The notes under the pieces were generated by a model. It saw only the letters and a program-made list of their open reading frames with translations. It searched no databases and was not told the origin of the DNA. 64,000 nucleotides of DNA, taken from contig CBDBNM010000002.1 in NCBI GenBank assembly GCA_965207935.1, positions 185,055 through 249,054 of the forward strand, given 5' to 3'. A program made the position numbers and the translations under genes. The DNA comes from Dehalococcoidia bacterium (GTDB taxonomy: Bacteria; Chloroflexota; Dehalococcoidia; Lucifugimonadales; JAGWBF01). Shown here one piece after another: positions 59,123 to 64,000 of this stretch. Within the stretch, counting starts at the first letter, position 1; every line of letters begins with the position of its first letter.

Positions 59123-60160
59123 ATGATAGCTCTAGTTATACGTCTTTTCGGAACCATCGCCTTAGGCTTGGCGGGGTGGGGCCTCTGGGAGCTCGTTTTC
59201 AATGATTCCCCCCGCGGGACGGACTATCTTCCGTGGGGCCTCGTATCTACTCTGCTGGGAGTAGTGGCCGGAATAGTCCTGGTCTCTCTTCCAATACCCC
59301 TCATCAGAATCAACCGCTACATCAACCAGCTGCCCTTATCCAGCCTGATCTCCGCCATGGTCGGCCTCGTAGCCGGGCTGATCGTGGCTTCCCTGATATC
59401 CATCCCCCTCATAAACCTGGATGGATGGCCAAGCTGGGGAGTGCCCCTGGCCCTCAACTTCACCTTCGGCACCTTGGGCTTTTGGCTTGGGGTCCAGCGG
59501 ACGGGGGATGCGAGGAGAATCGCTCCTTCATCCTGGTCCCGTGTGCCCATGGAGCGTTCTTACGACGGACGGATACTGGTGGACACCAGCGCCATTATCG
59601 ACGGCAGGATCGCCGACCTCAGCCAGACAGGGTTTGTCCAGGGCCCCCTGATCATCACCGGCTTCGTTCTCGATGAGCTGAGGCACATCGCCGACTCCAG
59701 CGACGGGATGCGCCGCAGCCGGGGCCGCCGGGGCCTGGATATCCTGGGACGCCTGCAGAAAGACACTGACGTTGCCGTGCAGATAATCGACGTTGACGAT
59801 GTCGATGACCCCGAGGTGGACGGCAAGCTGGTCAAGCTTGCCAAGCGAATGAAAGCCTCCATCCTGACCACCGATTTCAACCTCAACAGGGTGGCGGAGG
59901 TGCAGGGTGTGCAGGTCCTGAACATCAACGAGCTGGCAAACGCTCTCAAGCCCATGGTGCTGCCGGGCGAAGACCTGACCGTGAACATCATCCAGGAGGG
60001 CAAAGAGATAGGACAGGGCGTTGCCTTCCTGGACGACGGGACCATGGTGGTTGTGGAAGGCGGGCGCCGTTTCCTGAACACCATCCAGGATGTCACCGTC
60101 ACCCGGGTGCTCCAGACGGCCGCGGGCCGCATCATGTTTGCACAGCCCAAGGGCGGCTAG
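59123..60160 (+). CDS. PIN/TRAM domain membrane protein (YacL-like)
   Basis: Four TMs, DTSAIIDGRI, RGRRGLDIL, GTMVVVE, LQTAAGRIMFA. Confidence 0.93.
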   Translation: MIALVIRLFGTIALGLAGWGLWELVFNDSPRGTDYLPWGLVSTLLGVVAGIVLVSLPIPLIRINRYINQLPLSSLISAMVGLVAGLIVASLISIPLINLDGWPSWGVPLALNFTFGTLGFWLGVQRTGDARRIAPSSWSRVPMERSYDGRILVDTSAIIDGRIADLSQTGFVQGPLIITGFVLDELRHIADSSDGMRRSRGRRGLDILGRLQKDTDVAVQIIDVDDVDDPEVDGKLVKLAKRMKASILTTDFNLNRVAEVQGVQVLNINELANALKPMVLPGEDLTVNIIQEGKEIGQGVAFLDDGTMVVVEGGRRFLNTIQDVTVTRVLQTAAGRIMFAQPKGG

Positions 60161-60162
60161 AG

Positions 60163-60927
60163 ATGGCCCCTGACACAGGCACAGGCAGTCCAACTCAAGC
60201 CCCAGACGCAGCATCCGTGGGCCTGATAATAGTGGCCGCGGGCAGCGCCACCCGCATGATGGGCGTGGACAAGATATTCCTGCCTGTCCTAGGGGTCCCT
60301 CTCATCGCCTACTCTGTGGAAGCGCTGGCTTCTTCCCCCATGGTGGGCAGCTTTGTCCTGGTGCTAGGCGCCCATAACGTAGCCGCCGGCGAGAGGCTGG
60401 CTGCCGAGAGGGGCTGGGACAAGCTGGCAGGTGTATGTGAAGGCGGCGCAAGAAGGCAGGACTCGGTGAAGCAGGGGCTGGATAAGCTTTCCTCATATCC
60501 CTGGGTTGCCGTCCACGACGGGGCGCGGCCCCTTCCCGGGCCGGGCATCCTGGAACGGGGCCTGCAGGCAGCCCGGGAAACGGGCGCGTCCGTGGCCGCC
60601 GTACCTGCCAAGGACACCATCAAGGTCGTCTCCGACGACGGGGTCGTCGAAGCCACACCCCCGAGATCGAGCTTGTGGATGGTGCAGACTCCCCAGGTGT
60701 TCGCCTACGACATCCTGGAATCGGCCCACCGGTCTTGTACCGACTCCTTCACCGACGATGCGGCCATGGTGGAGAGCATAGGACACAAGGTGCGGGTCTT
60801 CCAAGGCTCTTACGCCAACCTGAAAGTTACGACTCCTGAAGACCTGCCCATGGTCGAAGCAGCCCTCAAGGCGGAAGCAGCCGGGAAATCCCAGGAAGCT
60901 ATGCAAGGGGGAGCGACGAAGCGGTAG
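60163..60927 (+). CDS. ispD: 2-C-methyl-D-erythritol 4-phosphate cytidylyltransferase
   Basis: AAGSATRM, RQDSV, VHDGARP, QTPQVF, TDD, KVTTPED. Confidence 0.95.
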   Translation: MAPDTGTGSPTQAPDAASVGLIIVAAGSATRMMGVDKIFLPVLGVPLIAYSVEALASSPMVGSFVLVLGAHNVAAGERLAAERGWDKLAGVCEGGARRQDSVKQGLDKLSSYPWVAVHDGARPLPGPGILERGLQAARETGASVAAVPAKDTIKVVSDDGVVEATPPRSSLWMVQTPQVFAYDILESAHRSCTDSFTDDAAMVESIGHKVRVFQGSYANLKVTTPEDLPMVEAALKAEAAGKSQEAMQGGATKR

Positions 60928-61412
60928 TGGGCAGCCGGGTAGGAATCGGATTTGATGCACATCCCCTGGTGGAAGGCCGCCTTCTCGTGCTGGGAGGGGT
61001 CCAGGTCCCCCACGGGCGGGGGCTGTCAGGCCACAGCGACGGCGACGTTCTCTGCCACGCCATCATGGATGCCCTCCTTGGAGCAGCCAACCTTGGCGAC
61101 AAGGGCACCCACTTCCCCTCTTCCGACCCCGGATTGGAGGGTGTGTCCAGCCTGATCCTCCTGTCCCAGGTGTTGGCCCTAGTCAAAGATAGCGGTTGGC
61201 AGATAGCAAACGTAGATGCTACCATCTTGGCGCAGCATCCCAAGCTGTCGCCCTACATTCCAACCATGAAATTAAACATCGAAGCCACGCTAGAGCTCAC
61301 TGCCAAGGGAGTCGTCAGCATCAAGGCTACCACCACGGACTACCTGGGCTTCGCAGGCCGGGAGGAAGGGATCGCGGCACAGGCAGTCGCCCTGCTGGAG
61401 GAAGCTGCGTGA
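60927..61412 (+). CDS. ispF: 2-C-methyl-D-erythritol 2,4-cyclodiphosphate synthase
   Basis: GIGFDAH, GHSDGDV, KATTT, GREEGIAA. Confidence 0.96.
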   Translation: MGSRVGIGFDAHPLVEGRLLVLGGVQVPHGRGLSGHSDGDVLCHAIMDALLGAANLGDKGTHFPSSDPGLEGVSSLILLSQVLALVKDSGWQIANVDATILAQHPKLSPYIPTMKLNIEATLELTAKGVVSIKATTTDYLGFAGREEGIAAQAVALLEEAA

Positions 61413-62770
61413 GGCTGTACAACACTCTTTCCGGTGAAGAGCAGGAGTTCAGCCCCGCCGGTGACAAGGTCAAGATGTACGTCTGCGGCGTCACTCCCTA
61501 CGCCCCTTGTCACCTGGGTCATGCCATGAGCTACGTCTTCTTCGATGTCCTCCGCCGCTACCTGGAGTACATCGGCCACGAGGTCGAGCATGTCCAGAAC
61601 TTCACCGACATCGATGACAAGATCATCCAGAGGGCCCAGGAGTCCAACACCAGAACCGAAGACCTTGCGCAGACCCACATCGACGAGTTCATGGAAAGCA
61701 TGGACTCCCTCAACATCAAAAGGGCACACTACTATCCGCGGGCAACCCAGGAGATACCCCAAATCCTGGATGTGATCGATCAGCTCGTGGAGAAGGGATA
61801 CGCCTACGCCTCCGACGGGGATGTGTATTTCCGCGTGGCCAGGTACGACAGCTACGGAGACCTGAGCCATCGAAGCATCGACGGAATGATCGCCGGCGCC
61901 AGGGTGGAGATCGGGGCCTCCAAAGAGAACCCGATGGACTTCGCCCTGTGGAAGGCGGCTAAGCCGGGGGAGCCAAGCTGGGACAGCAAGTGGGGACCGG
62001 GCCGTCCCGGCTGGCACATCGAGTGCACCGCCATGTCCATGTCTTACCTTGGCAGCACCCTGGACATCCATGGAGGAGGCCAGGACCTGGTCTTTCCCCA
62101 TCACGAGAACGAGAAGGCCCAGAGCGAGGCCTTCACCGGACAGTTCCCCTTCGTCCGGTACTGGGTGCACAACGGCCTCCTGAACATGGGCGACGACAAG
62201 ATGAGCAAGTCCCTTGGCAACAACGTCTCCCTTAACGAAGCCCTGAAACAGCACGGGGCAGACGCCCTCAGGATATTCTTCCTGAGCTCCCACTACCGGA
62301 GTCCTCTAACTTTCAGCGAAGAAGGTGTTTCGGGCACGGAGCGGGCGGCTGAGCGCTTGGCCAACGCCCTCCGCGAAGATTCCGGCGACGGCACGGAAAC
62401 CCTTGACCCCGAACCCTTCAAGGAGCGCTTCTTAAGGGCGATGGACTCGGACTTGAACACACCACAAGCCCTGGCATCCATGTTCGATTTGGCCCGGGAA
62501 ATCAATCGCAGCAGGGAATCGGGATCTAAGGTGCAGCAGGCCCAGGCTGTCCTGAGGGACCTGGGTGGTGTGCTGGGCCTGACCTTCGAAAGCGGGCGGG
62601 ACAACCAGGGATTCGGATCGGAACCCTTCATCCAGCTCCTTGTGGACACTCGCACCCAGCTCCGGGAGTCCAAGCAGTACGCCCTGGCGGACAAGATACG
62701 CTCCGATCTGCTGGACCTGGGCGTGGAGCTGGAAGACACAGCCCGCGGGACCGACTGGAGGTTCCGATAG
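61409..62770 (+). CDS. cysS: Cysteine--tRNA ligase
   Basis: MYVCGVT, HLGH, GRPGWHIEC, HHENE, KMSKSLGN; C-terminal anticodon-binding region ADKIR. Confidence 0.96.
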   Translation: MRLYNTLSGEEQEFSPAGDKVKMYVCGVTPYAPCHLGHAMSYVFFDVLRRYLEYIGHEVEHVQNFTDIDDKIIQRAQESNTRTEDLAQTHIDEFMESMDSLNIKRAHYYPRATQEIPQILDVIDQLVEKGYAYASDGDVYFRVARYDSYGDLSHRSIDGMIAGARVEIGASKENPMDFALWKAAKPGEPSWDSKWGPGRPGWHIECTAMSMSYLGSTLDIHGGGQDLVFPHHENEKAQSEAFTGQFPFVRYWVHNGLLNMGDDKMSKSLGNNVSLNEALKQHGADALRIFFLSSHYRSPLTFSEEGVSGTERAAERLANALREDSGDGTETLDPEPFKERFLRAMDSDLNTPQALASMFDLAREINRSRESGSKVQQAQAVLRDLGGVLGLTFESGRDNQGFGSEPFIQLLVDTRTQLRESKQYALADKIRSDLLDLGVELEDTARGTDWRFR

Positions 62771-62889
62771 TGATCTTTTGCCGTGTTCCCCTCGGTCCCA
62801 CTTCCCGGCCCCATGCTTAAAGGCAAAAGCGTCTTTATGGCAGAGGCGCCCATGCTTTGCCCCGCCATCCGTCCCATGAGGCTATGCGC

Positions 62890-64000
62890 ATGACCGATAG
62901 CCGCCTGCTGGACTCCCTGCGAAACATCCTGGCTGCCAAAGATGTCCTGAGCGCACCCGCCGACCTGGACCGCTACTCCGCCGACGCTCTTACTCCCTTC
63001 CGCGCCTTCGACAACGCAGCCATGCTGGAGCGGATGGCCGACGTCGTGGTCATACCCCGGACGGTGGAGCAGGTCTGCGAGGTGGTCCGTCTGGCAAACA
63101 CTACCAGCACCCCCATCGTTCCCTACGGCGGCGGCACCGGGGTCATGGGCGGCGCCCTGCCCGTGCAGGGCGGGATCGTGGTTGACCTGAAGGGCCTGGA
63201 CAAGGTCCTGTCCATCAGCACCATTGATGGCACCTGCGTGGCCGAGGGAGGCGTAGTCCTCCAGGACCTGTCCGATGCCCTGGAGCCTCACGGCTCCATC
63301 TTCGGCCATGACCCCTGGAGCGTGCCCATCGCCACCGTCGCAGGCGCAATCTCCACCAACGGAGTCGGGTACATGGCCTCCGCCTACGGACCCATGGGCG
63401 CACAGGTAAAGGGCCTGGAGGTCGTACTGCCCAGCGGAGAGGTGCTGACCACCAAGGGGGTGGTCAAGGGGGCTTCAGGCCCCGACCTCAACCACCTGTT
63501 CATCGGCACGGAGGGGGTGTTCGGGATAATCACAAAGGCTACGCTGAAGATCGCCCGAGCCCCCGAGGCCAGGTCCTTCTCTACCGTAGCCTTCGACTCT
63601 TTCGACGAAGGATTCCAGGCTGTTACCGAGTTGTTCGCCATCGGGCTGGTGCCCACACTCATCGACCTCACCGAGGAACCCGACGAGGGAATCGCCCTGT
63701 ACATGATGTTCGACGGGTACACCGAAGCGGTGTCCGCGCAGGCGGCCAGAGCCGTCAGGCTATGCGCCTCCTACGGGGGTGTCGAGTCCGACCCTGCCCG
63801 CACCGTGAAGTACTGGGACGAGCGCCACAGCAGCGGAGAGAGCTACCGGCTGAACATGCTGGACCAGCCCCGGAGCGTCCGGTGGAACCGTCCCAGGGCC
63901 AGGAGCTTCGATTACCTGCACCTCGCCCTGCCCATCTCCAGGGTGCTGGAGTACCGCAGGCGCTGCGAAGACATCCTGGACGGACGGGGCATCAGGGTCG
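62890..64000 (+). CDS. FAD-binding oxidoreductase (GlcD/alkyl-DHAP synthase-like), 3'-truncated
   Basis: Own translation: MTDSRLL..VPYGGGTG..GHDPWS..ATVAGAISTNG..GLEVVLPSG..GPDLNHLFIGTEGVFGIITKATL; open to the window end. Confidence 0.9.
   Translation, partial: MTDSRLLDSLRNILAAKDVLSAPADLDRYSADALTPFRAFDNAAMLERMADVVVIPRTVEQVCEVVRLANTTSTPIVPYGGGTGVMGGALPVQGGIVVDLKGLDKVLSISTIDGTCVAEGGVVLQDLSDALEPHGSIFGHDPWSVPIATVAGAISTNGVGYMASAYGPMGAQVKGLEVVLPSGEVLTTKGVVKGASGPDLNHLFIGTEGVFGIITKATLKIARAPEARSFSTVAFDSFDEGFQAVTELFAIGLVPTLIDLTEEPDEGIALYMMFDGYTEAVSAQAARAVRLCASYGGVESDPARTVKYWDERHSSGESYRLNMLDQPRSVRWNRPRARSFDYLHLALPISRVLEYRRRCEDILDGRGIRV

Noticed and set aside
61409-62770. MshC instead of CysS
   Set aside because: It has the C-terminal anticodon-binding region and sits in the standard yacL-ispD-ispF-cysS order.
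62837-62893. 18-codon uORF (MAEAPMLCPAIRPMRLCA) overlapping the oxidase start by ATGA
   Set aside because: No RBS or clear promoter; the faint resemblance to the 31483 leader (IRP) is too short to exceed chance.

Overview
GC-rich bacterial chromosome segment, most consistent with an aerobic heterotrophic Chloroflexota (Dehalococcoidia/SAR202-like; inferred from gene content, not tested). Core genes: thrS-infC-rpmI-rplT, pth, ligA, minCDE, gatB, secG, yacL-ispD-ispF-cysS, a tetrapyrrole operon (fused ahbAB, sirC, hemC, cobA/hemD, hemB), sodN-sodX and cytochrome oxidase assembly genes. These are interspersed with catabolic paralogs (GGT, D-aminoacylase, CoA ligase/transferase, LLM monooxygenase, amidase, HpaB-like oxygenase, E1 alpha/beta). 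No tRNA, rRNA, CRISPR array or transposase was seen. The most notable signals are missing from the ORF track and involve UGA codons. (1) A 74-codon glutaredoxin-like gene (8724-8948) has two in-frame TGA codons, one at the redox motif (UGAS) and one near the C-terminus (GU-ALA-stop), each followed by a candidate SECIS hairpin. (2) A putative leaderless peptide ending in TGA-GGC-TGA-TGC overlaps mutually exclusive antiterminator/terminator-like hairpins directly upstream of a putative selenate-type ABC transporter, suggesting a selenium-sensing attenuator. Also seen: an ATC start for infC, an amber codon interrupting an FN3-like domain, and a nested mosaic of palindromic repeats at about 56.0-56.7 kb.
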